Assembly: GCA_037481835.1 (NCBI GenBank)
Contig: JBBFKW010000001.1
Location: 75,403-139,402 of the forward strand
Direction of reading: 5' to 3'
DNA length: 64,000 bases
Source: Desulfosoma sp.
Lineage (GTDB): Bacteria; Desulfobacterota; Syntrophobacteria; Syntrophobacterales; DSM-9756
Of this stretch, positions 15,885 through 24,520 are shown piece by piece. Made by a program: the position numbers and the translations under genes. Below the pieces are notes generated by a model that saw only the letters and a program-made list of their open reading frames with translations, had not been told where the DNA came from and ran no database searches. The first letter of the stretch is position 1. Every line of letters begins with the position of its first letter.

Positions 15885-17180
15885 CTACGCCGCCGCCTGA
15901 AAGCACCCGCGCACAATCCCGATGACCCGCTCCAAGTCGCCGGAGGTCATGGCCGTGCCGCTGGGCAAACAGAGTCCCCGCTCGAAGAGCCCCTCGGCCA
16001 CCTCTCCCCTCACGACCCTGCAGGAATGGCCACCTCTTTGCGCCTTGGCGTCTTTGCGCGAGGCCCCAAAAACGGGTTGACAATGCATGGGCTTCCACAC
16101 AGGCCGGGATTCGATGTTTTCTTTTTCCAGGGCGATTCGGATCTCTTCCCTGCTCACTCCGGCCCTTTCGGGATCCACGGTCATCACGGTGAGCCACCGG
16201 TTGCTGCGGCTCCAGTCGGGTTCCGGCATGAAGGTGATTCCCGGAAGATCGGACAGGGCTTCGCGGTACAAGTCGAAAATTTCCCGTCTCCGGCGCACGC
16301 GCTCGTCCAGCACCCGTATCTGCCCGCGCCCGATGGCCGCCACGATGTTGCTCATGCGGTAGTTGTACCCGATGGTGCTGTGTTCGTAGTGAGGCGCCGG
16401 ATCCCGCGCCTGTTGGCTCAGAAAGCGTGCGTATTCGATGAGTTCCGGGTCGTCGCTTGCGAGCATCCCGCCTCCCGAGGTGGTGATGATCTTATTCCCG
16501 TTGAAGGAAAAGACCGCCGCCTTCGCCCCCTTCCCGGCATGCATCCAGTCTGTGTGTCGCCTCAAGCCGCCAAGCCCGCCAAGTGAATTCTTCTCGATTT
16601 GACCTTCACCCTTGGCGCCTTGGCGCCTTTGCGCGAGGTAATAGGCGCCCACGGCCTCGGCGGCATCCACCACCACCGGCACACCGTAGCGGTCGCAGAT
16701 CTCCAGGATCCGCGGCATGTTGCAGCACTGGCCGTAGAGGTCCGTCGGCACCACGGCCTTGGGAAGTTTCCCCGCCCGAGCGCAGCGCTCCAGTTCTTCT
16801 TCCAGAAGGTCCGGATCCATATTCCAGCTTTCCCGATCCGAATCGATAAAGACCGGCACGGCCCCCTGAAAGACGATGGGCGTCACGCTCCCGATGAAGG
16901 TGAGGGTTGAGGCAAAGACCTCGTCGCCCGGGCCCACCCCCAGGCACCGCAGGGCCAAATGCATGGCGGCGGTCCCGCTTGAGACCGCCGCGCACTGGCC
17001 GATTCCCGTATATTCGGCGAATTCGCGCTCAAAGGCGTCCACCATGGGCCCCAGCGGGGCGATGTAGTTGCTCTCGAAGGCCTCCTTTACGAACCGCAGC
17101 TCCTCTCCCCCCATGTGGGGAGGCGACAAAAAGAGCCGCGGCCATACCTTTTGATTTGAATTGGCATCAAATTTCTTCAC
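15885..17180 (-). CDS. DegT/DnrJ/EryC1/StrS aminotransferase (PglE/EpsN-like) carrying in-frame repeat insertions
   Basis: LFLSPPHMGGEE, SSGTAAMHLAL, DAAEAVGA, FSFNGNKIITTSGGG (PLP Lys), GYNYRMSN, CLPSG. Confidence 0.92.
   Translation of the reverse strand: MKKFDANSNQKVWPRLFLSPPHMGGEELRFVKEAFESNYIAPLGPMVDAFEREFAEYTGIGQCAAVSSGTAAMHLALRCLGVGPGDEVFASTLTFIGSVTPIVFQGAVPVFIDSDRESWNMDPDLLEEELERCARAGKLPKAVVPTDLYGQCCNMPRILEICDRYGVPVVVDAAEAVGAYYLAQRRQGAKGEGQIEKNSLGGLGGLRRHTDWMHAGKGAKAAVFSFNGNKIITTSGGGMLASDDPELIEYARFLSQQARDPAPHYEHSTIGYNYRMSNIVAAIGRGQIRVLDERVRRRREIFDLYREALSDLPGITFMPEPDWSRSNRWLTVMTVDPERAGVSREEIRIALEKENIESRPVWKPMHCQPVFGASRKDAKAQRGGHSCRVVRGEVAEGLFERGLCLPSGTAMTSGDLERVIGIVRGCFQAAA
16036..16065. 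repeat. Repeat arm inside the aminotransferase CDS
   Basis: ctttgcgccttggcgtctttgcgcgaggcc, identical to 15777-15806; translated as ASRKDAKAQR. Confidence 0.85.
16558..16637. repeat. Palindromic repeat pair inside the aminotransferase CDS
   Basis: caagccgccaagcccgccaag ... cttggcgccttggcgcctttgcgcgag; translated as LAQRRQGAK...LGGLGGLRR. Confidence 0.85.
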
Positions 17181-17189
17181 AGGCGATCC

Positions 17190-17611
17190 TTACGATCCTT
17201 GCCCAGCCCCCGGTTCCAAAGGCTTTGTTTTCGCAGGGACTCCCACAGCCACCGCCCCTGGCGGAACGTCGCGTGTCACAAAACTGTGAGCGCCCACCAC
17301 GGCGTTTTCCCCGATGGTCACCCCCGGCATGACGGTGGTATGGCTCCCCACACGGCATCCCTTCTTGAGGACCACCGGCCCGGCCTTGCCGTCTATGGTG
17401 GATACGGAATAAATGGAGCAGTGGGAGCCGATCTGGACTTCGTCCTCGATGGTCACGCCGCACTTGGCGTTGATATAGGTGAAGGCGCCGATGTCCGTTC
17501 TGTACCCAAGCCTGAAATTTTCCGTGTGTTGGACCATCCAGTTATAGACGGTAAGTTTCCCGTCTTCCACCACGGGATAAACCCAGGTGGAAAATCGATC
17601 CCCCTGGTCAT
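17190..17611 (-). CDS. Hexapeptide-repeat acyltransferase; its ATG is out of frame by one base at a G5 tract
   Basis: TDIGAFTYINAKCGVTIEDEVQIGSH...VGAHSFV...GVPAK; GGAG RBS and ATG at 17611 need G5 to become G6 to join the coding frame. Confidence 0.75.
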
Positions 17612-17640
17612 GAGAGGCTCCTGCGGAGGGCGCCGGCGCT

Positions 17641-18309
17641 CTATGAGGGCACTCGGGGGGGATGGAGATTTCTGGCGGGCACCCCCCCCCATGTTCCGGA
17701 TTCAATGGATTTGGTTACGCACGCGCCGGCCCCGATGATCACATCGTCTCCGATGGTTAGAGGTTTTTCCCGGGTGCCGTTGATGAAGACGGCCCCCGTC
17801 CCTACATAAACCCGCTTTCCGAAGTGCACCCACCCGGACACATGGACCCCAGGGGCCAGGGTGGTGTAATCGCCCATGATCACGTCGTGGCCGACGGTGC
17901 AGTCCAGATTGATCTGCACATGCCGTCCCAGGGAGATGTTCACGGTGAGGATGGATCCGGCACAAATGATGGTGCCTTCGCCGTACTGGATCCACCGTGA
18001 GCGCTCCACCCGAGGGTGCACCAAAGTGGCGAAGCCCAATCCGGCTGCGGCCGCCTTGGCGGCCAGGGCCTCCCGAGTCCGAGGATTCCCCACCGCCACA
18101 ACGACTTCGGCATCGACGTATTTTGCCGCCGCCTCCTCCAAACCCACCACCGGGATCCCGTTCAGCACTGTGCCCCATCGGCTTTCATCGTCATCGATGA
18201 AGCAGGCGGGCTCATAAAGGACTGCCTCGTCGCGGCACGATTCCACGAGCCATGCGACTTCACGGGCGAATCCCCCGGCCCCGTAGATGGCGATGCGCCG
18301 GCTCTTCAT
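17641..18309 (-). CDS. Sugar N-acetyltransferase (PglD/NeuD family)
   Basis: IYGAGGFAREV, VAVGNP, TLVHP, CTVGHD, GVPAR. Confidence 0.92.
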   Translation of the reverse strand: MKSRRIAIYGAGGFAREVAWLVESCRDEAVLYEPACFIDDDESRWGTVLNGIPVVGLEEAAAKYVDAEVVVAVGNPRTREALAAKAAAAGLGFATLVHPRVERSRWIQYGEGTIICAGSILTVNISLGRHVQINLDCTVGHDVIMGDYTTLAPGVHVSGWVHFGKRVYVGTGAVFINGTREKPLTIGDDVIIGAGACVTKSIESGTWGGVPARNLHPPRVPS

Positions 18310-18929
18310 CGTTTCATTCCCCCTGAGTTCCCTAGAAATTCTTCCATGGTCGCCTCCCCCGGCTGACTGATCCCTTCCCTTCGGAGCACCTTGACTACCG
18401 TCATGAAGAGGATCTTGAGATCCAGCGCCAGGGACCAGTTGTCCACGTACCACACATCCAACTTGAACTTTTCTTCCCAGCTTAGGGCGTTTCGCCCGTT
18501 CACCTGGGCCCAGCCCGTGAGCCCCGGCTTGACCTCGTGCCTTCGCGCCTGCTCGGGCGTGTAGCGGTCGAGATATTGCATCAAGAGCGGACGGGGCCCG
18601 ACCATGCTCATGTCGCCCTTCAAGACGTTGTAAAGTTCAGGCAGCTCGTCCAGGCTGGTGCTGCGAAGGAACCGACCAACGGATGTCAGACGCTCCGCGT
18701 CCGGAAGCAACCTCCCGTCGGGCCCCCGGGCATTGTTCATGGTCCGGAACTTGACAATGCGGAAGGGCCTTCCCCCCTTGCCCGGCCGAACCTGCGTGAA
18801 AAAGATCGGGGAGCCTTGGGTGACCCGAATCACCAACGCGATCAGCCACATCAGAGGCGAAACCGCCAAGAACCCGAGCCCCGCAACCGCAAGATCCAAC
18901 AGCCTCTTGTTCAACGCAACGCTCCACAC
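18306..18929 (-). CDS. Undecaprenyl-phosphate sugar-1-phosphate transferase (PglC-like)
   Basis: KRLLDL, KFRTM, SLDELPEL, GDMSMVGPRP, KPGLTGWAQVNGRN. Confidence 0.95.
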   Translation of the reverse strand: MWSVALNKRLLDLAVAGLGFLAVSPLMWLIALVIRVTQGSPIFFTQVRPGKGGRPFRIVKFRTMNNARGPDGRLLPDAERLTSVGRFLRSTSLDELPELYNVLKGDMSMVGPRPLLMQYLDRYTPEQARRHEVKPGLTGWAQVNGRNALSWEEKFKLDVWYVDNWSLALDLKILFMTVVKVLRREGISQPGEATMEEFLGNSGGMKR

Positions 18930-20087
18930 CTACCCCAGTCCCATCACCTGCATGATGACGGCGTTGACTTTGCGCACGTCGTATTTTTCCTCGGCAATTT
19001 CGCGGGAACGACGCCCCATTCTCGGGATTAGTGCCGGATTGTCGCAGAAACGGAGCATGGCCTCCGCGAGTTTTTCCACGTTCCTGACAGGCACCAGAAA
19101 CCCGTTTTCCCCCCAAATGATGTCTTCGGAGTCTTTGTCCAAGCGTTGCCCGGGGGGCAGGAGCACGGTTTCCCGGCATCCGGGGGCATTGGTCGTGATA
19201 ATGGGCCGTCCCATAGACATGGCTTCCAGGACCGTCCGCGGTGTCCCCTCCCGGTAGGAGGGCAGGACGTAAACGCTGCACGCGGCGAGAGCCGGGCGAA
19301 CGTCGTGCAGTTCGCCCAGGTACGTGATCACACCTTCGCGCTGCCATTCGTCAAGTTCCGCCGTGCTGATGCCGGCCGGGTTGGAGTCCCTTGGGCCAGC
19401 CAATGCAAAGTGGGCTTCCGGGTAAAGGGCCCGCACAATCTTTGCCGCCTGCACGTATTCATGCAATCCTTTGTCTCTAAGAAGGCGGCAAATCATTAGG
19501 AAATTCATTTTTCGCGGCAAAGGTGCCCATGCGAAATATCGAACATCGACTCCCGAGCCGTTGATTAAGACACATTGTTTACGGCTCACCAACCTCAGCC
19601 GGCAAAATTCGTTCAGATCGTCTGGATTTTGAAAAAAAACCTGACGGCTTCCTTTGAGGCTCAGGCCGTATAGGGTTTTCGCAGCGAGTCTCGCAAAGCG
19701 TGCCTTTAATCCGTTGTTTTCGCCAAAAGCATAACCCAGCCCGGTAACCATCGAATAACAAGCCCGAACCCTTGCCCATCGCGCAGCCAAGCCTCCCCAG
19801 ACAATTGGCTTGATCGTGTAGGTTAAGGCAATATCCGGGCGAATTCTTCGCATGGCTTGATAAAGGGATGCAAAGCTCCGCAGATCTTTCCACGGGTTCA
19901 TCCCCGCTCGTACTATCGGAGTCGGGATGAATTCGACTCCCCATCGACCGAGTTCCCGGACCGCATCGCCCTCAGGCTCACCAGCACACGCAAAGACCTC
20001 GTGCCCCAACTCCAGCAGCTCACGGATCAGGGGACCGCGAAAGTTCACCAGCGAGCGCGCAGTGCCTCCGATGACGAAAATCCTCAT
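18930..20087 (-). CDS. Glycosyltransferase family 4 (PglA-like)
   Basis: FRGPLI, YTIKP, FQNPDD, GSGVD, LPSYREGTPRTVLEAM. Confidence 0.93.
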   Translation of the reverse strand: MRIFVIGGTARSLVNFRGPLIRELLELGHEVFACAGEPEGDAVRELGRWGVEFIPTPIVRAGMNPWKDLRSFASLYQAMRRIRPDIALTYTIKPIVWGGLAARWARVRACYSMVTGLGYAFGENNGLKARFARLAAKTLYGLSLKGSRQVFFQNPDDLNEFCRLRLVSRKQCVLINGSGVDVRYFAWAPLPRKMNFLMICRLLRDKGLHEYVQAAKIVRALYPEAHFALAGPRDSNPAGISTAELDEWQREGVITYLGELHDVRPALAACSVYVLPSYREGTPRTVLEAMSMGRPIITTNAPGCRETVLLPPGQRLDKDSEDIIWGENGFLVPVRNVEKLAEAMLRFCDNPALIPRMGRRSREIAEEKYDVRKVNAVIMQVMGLG

Positions 20088-20160
20088 TTGCCGGTTTCTT
20101 CTGCTCTGTGAGCGGGGTTTCTCTGGAGGATTCTCAATCCGTGGGTAAGGACGCCATTAT

Positions 20161-22131
20161 TCAGTGCCACGCCTCCAGCCAAGCCTCAAACATCAAAACA
20201 TCCCAGAGGTGATATTGCCAGTTGCGCTTCCCCGAAAGGTGCTCCTCCCATTTCTGTCGTATGGGGACCGGGTCAAAAAAACCCTCTCGCTTGAGTCGAG
20301 ATTCGCTCAGCAACTCCTCCGCCCAGTCACGAAGAGGGCCACGAAGCCAGTATTCAATAGGTAGGCCAAAGCCCGTTTTGGGGCGTTCCACCAAGGGGCG
20401 AGGAACATGCCGATAGAGAACCTGTCTGAGCAACCACTTGCCTTGCCCGTTACGGATCTTCATGGACATCGGGAGGCTCCAAGCAAATTCAACCACGCGG
20501 TGGTCCAGAAAGGGCGCGCGCGTTTCCAGACTCAAGCTCATGGCCGCCCGATCTACTTTGACCAGAATATCGTCTGGAAGATAGGTGATTGAGTCCAGAT
20601 ACATGATCCGCTGTTCGAAATTTAAGTCTTCCAACCACTTCTCGGGGGTTGTTACCGGAGTATCCGGTTCTTCGGCTCCAAGAACGATCCGAGCCGGATC
20701 ATTCCAATGAGAAACAAGGGCGAGGTAGAGAGCCTCAGGTCGATCCGCACCGAATAGACCCGCCAACTTGTGCAATTTATCCCCCGGGTTGTTGTAATGC
20801 CAGCCGGAGGGCATCATCGGAGCTAACAAGCTAAAAATGCGATTCCATTGGACCGGCGAAATGGACACGAAAGCGCGAGCAAGGATTCTCGGAAGAGCCT
20901 TCGGTGTTCGGGCGAGCAATTCCACTAAACGACCGCCCCAGAAATGACGGTTATAGCCGCCGAAAAGTTCGTCACCGCCATCGCCTGATAGGGCCACCGT
21001 CACATGCCTTCTTGCCAGTTGAGCCACAAGATAGGTGGGAATTTGTGAAGAATCCGAAAACGGTTCATCATAAATTTGGGGGATCCGGGGGATAATATCC
21101 AGCACTTGGCCGGGGGTCACGTATAGCTCGGTGTGGTCGGTTCTTAGATGTTGTGCCACGATCTTGGCGTGTTCTGCTTCGTTGTACTCCCGCTCGTGAA
21201 ACCCGATGGTGAAAGTGCGAACCGGTGTTTGTGCTTGAGCCTGCATGATTGCTACCACGGTCGATGAATCGACGCCGCCCGACAGAAAGGCACCGAGAGG
21301 CACGTCAGCCAGACGCTGGCCGGCAATGCTCGCATGAAGCAGGCGTTCCAGTTCGTCTACCGCTTCGTCTTCACTTCCTTGAAATGGTTTGCTTAAACTC
21401 TTTTCAATCGCTTCCCGCATGGACCAGTATGTGCGCACTTCTTCTCGGCGAGGTCCTGCCGGCTTGCCATTTTCTGCGCGGAACTGGACAAAACAGCCCG
21501 GTTGCAGCTTACAAATGCCCTCATAAATGCTCCAGGGAGCCGGCACACAGTTGTAACGAAGAAAGAGAGCTAAGGCACGCCGCTCAATGTGAGCCTCAAA
21601 CCCAGGATAAGCATGGATCGCCTTGAGTTCGGAAGCGAAAACCAGCGTCCCGTTTATCCACCCGTAGTAAAGTGGTTTTTCGCCCATCCGATCACGGGCA
21701 AGGGTTAGCGTTCGGGCTTTGGTGTCCCAGACGGCAAATGCGAACATCCCAACGGTCTTCTTGAGGGCAGGGACCACGCCCCAGGCATCGAATGCCGCTA
21801 GCAGCGTTTCTGTGTCCGAATGCCCTCGCCATATTGGGGCAGAGCCAGCCCTTCCCAGCTCCGCGCGCAGTTGCAGATGATTGTAGATTTCTCCGTTCAA
21901 GGCGATTACATATCTACCCGATGCAGAAACCATAGGTTGCCGCCCGGCATTCGAAAGATCGAGAATAGAAAGCCGACGGTGAGCTAAAGCAAAACCCGAT
22001 ACTGCATCAACCCATACTCCACCATCGTTGGGCCCACGATGGTACAGCTTTTCGGACATACTAGAGCAAATGAGAGATGCTCGATTGGGGTTTATAGGGT
22101 GTTGCTGCCAAAAACCGTTTAACCCGCACAT
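20161..22131 (-). CDS. asnB: Asparagine synthase (glutamine-hydrolysing)-like amidotransferase
   Basis: MCG, HRGP, HRRLSILDLS, NGEIYN, FLSGGVDSS, SGDGGDELFGGY. Confidence 0.95.
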   Translation of the reverse strand: MCGLNGFWQQHPINPNRASLICSSMSEKLYHRGPNDGGVWVDAVSGFALAHRRLSILDLSNAGRQPMVSASGRYVIALNGEIYNHLQLRAELGRAGSAPIWRGHSDTETLLAAFDAWGVVPALKKTVGMFAFAVWDTKARTLTLARDRMGEKPLYYGWINGTLVFASELKAIHAYPGFEAHIERRALALFLRYNCVPAPWSIYEGICKLQPGCFVQFRAENGKPAGPRREEVRTYWSMREAIEKSLSKPFQGSEDEAVDELERLLHASIAGQRLADVPLGAFLSGGVDSSTVVAIMQAQAQTPVRTFTIGFHEREYNEAEHAKIVAQHLRTDHTELYVTPGQVLDIIPRIPQIYDEPFSDSSQIPTYLVAQLARRHVTVALSGDGGDELFGGYNRHFWGGRLVELLARTPKALPRILARAFVSISPVQWNRIFSLLAPMMPSGWHYNNPGDKLHKLAGLFGADRPEALYLALVSHWNDPARIVLGAEEPDTPVTTPEKWLEDLNFEQRIMYLDSITYLPDDILVKVDRAAMSLSLETRAPFLDHRVVEFAWSLPMSMKIRNGQGKWLLRQVLYRHVPRPLVERPKTGFGLPIEYWLRGPLRDWAEELLSESRLKREGFFDPVPIRQKWEEHLSGKRNWQYHLWDVLMFEAWLEAWH

Positions 22132-23419
22132 TTTTACGCATCCCCTTTATGCCGTTGGAAGGCATTTCAATAAGCAAACGGACTGTAGCGAGTGTCAGCC
22201 AAAAAAAAGGATGCCGCAGTACATAATGAAAAAGGCTAAATATGAAGAGGCTGTAAAGAGCTAATGCAAGCATTGTTCGTTGTCTTCGTATCGCAGCCAA
22301 GAACATGCTGGCCATCAGCGTCAAGTAAGCCGCAATCCCCAGGAAGCCGGCGCTTGCGCCCCAATCAATCAAAGAATTATGCGCTTCACTTCCTCCGTAA
22401 GGCCCTACTAAGCCGGAGTGCGAACCAGGCCCTAGGCCGACAAGGGGAGAAGAAAGTATCGCTTTCATCCCATTTTCCCATAGTATAATTCTAATATGCC
22501 CCTGCTCATTTTGTTCATAAAGCGACCTAATACTATTGTAAAGCAAGGAGATAAGTTCCAGATTTAATATGCTTTCAACAAGAAACGCTATGATCGGGAT
22601 GAGAAGTACTAGAATACAGCCCAATACGACCCAGCGAGAATTTCTTCTGCCTCGACGAGCCGAGAAAAAGAGAATCAAGATCGCCATGAAGAAAACAGTT
22701 GAACCCCACGCAACGACTAAGGCATCGCTCTGAGTTGCTGTCCCACCCATGACGATAAAAGTGGCAGCGGCCCACCAGCCAGCAGAGTTGGCACCTTTAG
22801 CCCTCAATCCCAAGTCTGCCGCAATAAATGGTATAGGCGCCAGAAGGAGTGCCAGTTGATTCGGATTTTTGGCCCACCCCGTAAAGCGAGTAACGGCGTA
22901 ATGGAATCGGATATTTCCAATCGATTCGGTTGAATAAGCCAAAATTAACATACAAACAAACGAGATTACCACTAGACTAACAAGCCAGCGAGCCATACAG
23001 ACAGGGTCTGTAGAGACCTCACGACACAAACTGTACGATAGTAAGATGAACACCAAAAATGCAAAGGCTCCGGAGTCGTGCAGAGCACTAGCGTCGTCAG
23101 CGGCCTTGCCGACTAAATGAGCTGTGAGACTTCCAGCCGCTAGGCAGAGCGCGGAAATGCACCAGAATCTAAGGAAGCCCACCATGTTCCTCGAGATTTT
23201 TGGTGTGGTGCGGTCGATCATAAAGGATGAGAAGGAGGTCCAAACAGCCCACGCAAGCAAAATAAACTCACCAGGCCCAAATGGCATCGTTTCAAGCCGA
23301 AGCTGCGTTGCGGTCGTCAGAACACTCCCAATCGATAACCATGCCGAGTTGATATGATTTCGCAAAGAGATAAAGTTTATGCTGCTAGCCGATTTATTAG
23401 AGTAAGTTTTAGTTGGCAT
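22061..23419 (-). CDS. O-antigen ligase/polymerase (Wzy_C family)
   Basis: Many TM segments; NPNQLA, GLGPG, AHNSLID. Confidence 0.8.
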   Translation of the reverse strand: MPTKTYSNKSASSINFISLRNHINSAWLSIGSVLTTATQLRLETMPFGPGEFILLAWAVWTSFSSFMIDRTTPKISRNMVGFLRFWCISALCLAAGSLTAHLVGKAADDASALHDSGAFAFLVFILLSYSLCREVSTDPVCMARWLVSLVVISFVCMLILAYSTESIGNIRFHYAVTRFTGWAKNPNQLALLLAPIPFIAADLGLRAKGANSAGWWAAATFIVMGGTATQSDALVVAWGSTVFFMAILILFFSARRGRRNSRWVVLGCILVLLIPIIAFLVESILNLELISLLYNSIRSLYEQNEQGHIRIILWENGMKAILSSPLVGLGPGSHSGLVGPYGGSEAHNSLIDWGASAGFLGIAAYLTLMASMFLAAIRRQRTMLALALYSLFIFSLFHYVLRHPFFWLTLATVRLLIEMPSNGIKGMRKNVRVKRFLAATPYKPQSSISHLL

Positions 23420-23851
23420 GTATTAACATATAACCTCATGTTACTAATAACGGGTGCAACATATCTGTTCAACATTAATAGAATGGGTTTTTGGCTGGAA
23501 GTTATATGTACTTTGGATGGTTCATTCGATTGAAGCGAGCAGTCAACGCTTCAAGCATCCGCATTGCTAACCGTTTTCTGGAAAAATGCAGGATCTCTTC
23601 AAGGTTCGGGGCAAATGTGGACAAAAGGCCTCTCGCTTGAAGGTTGTCATTTAAGATACCAGCTGAGTCCATGAATAGAAAAGCGGCAGACTGACGGTGC
23701 CGCATTCGAAATCCATTTCGCGGCTGGGTGACGGCCGCTTTCGCCTCCCCCGGAGGCGTCCAGGCCTTTAGGGGCCGGAGAAACCGTTTGCAGTAGTGAA
23801 ATTTTAGAATACTTCCATCGGAACATACGACATTTTAGCGAGTCATAATTC

Positions 23852-24519
23852 TCATGCTCCGGCTGCATAGCGCTGATAGAATGTTTGTCTGATATAAAGC
23901 AAATATGTAAGAGAAACCATAACAACAGTAAAGTAGCCTAGGAGCGTGTCCGAGAACGAACCCGCAGGCCTCTTCTCCTGGGAGCGCGGGCCTCGGGCCC
24001 GCACGAGAAGCGGGCGAGACACCCGCGCTCCCAGGAATATGCCATTCTCGGACAGCCTCCTAGCTGGTTTGGGTTATTGAATGTTGCGGTTTCGCGAGAA
24101 GCGACCTCCACTTGTCTAGCGCTAATTTGCCCAAACAAGACGGCGGCAGCAGTAATTAGGACGGCAGTCATGGCTCCGCAGCTTAGAGCCCTCGATCCGT
24201 GCTTGCGAACATAAGAGAAAACCGCCTGTGTAATGATAAAATTATATGTATAGAAGAACGCATTTTTCACACCTTCAGAACTTCCGCTTGCAAATCCAGC
24301 GAGCGATTCAACAAGCAACACGTGCGCGCAAAGCAAAAGATAGCAAATACTCCAACGAGCAGGGTGGAATCCATTAACTAAGATCCACACAGTTGCAAAC
24401 AAAAAAAGCACAACATGGGCCGGTTGTATATTTCCTGAGGGGAAAATATACATGGGTAGAAGCGAAATTCCCAATGCGAGGAATGGACCAAAAACACTTG
24501 AATTGGATATCGTAGACAT
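23852..24519 (-). pseudogene. Wzy-like polymerase pseudogene disrupted by a MITE
   Basis: YIFPSGNIQPAH, TM segments, RETATFNNPNQL[insertion]GYFTVV; stops shortly after even when the insertion is removed. Confidence 0.75.
23942..24059. mobile_element. 118-bp MITE with 15-bp terminal IRs and CTAG target duplication
   Basis: CTAG|GAGCGTGTCCGAGAA...TTCTCGGACAGCCTC|CTAG (13/15 IR); internal palindrome cctgggagcgcggg...cccgcgctcccagg. Confidence 0.88.
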
Positions 24520-24520
24520 T

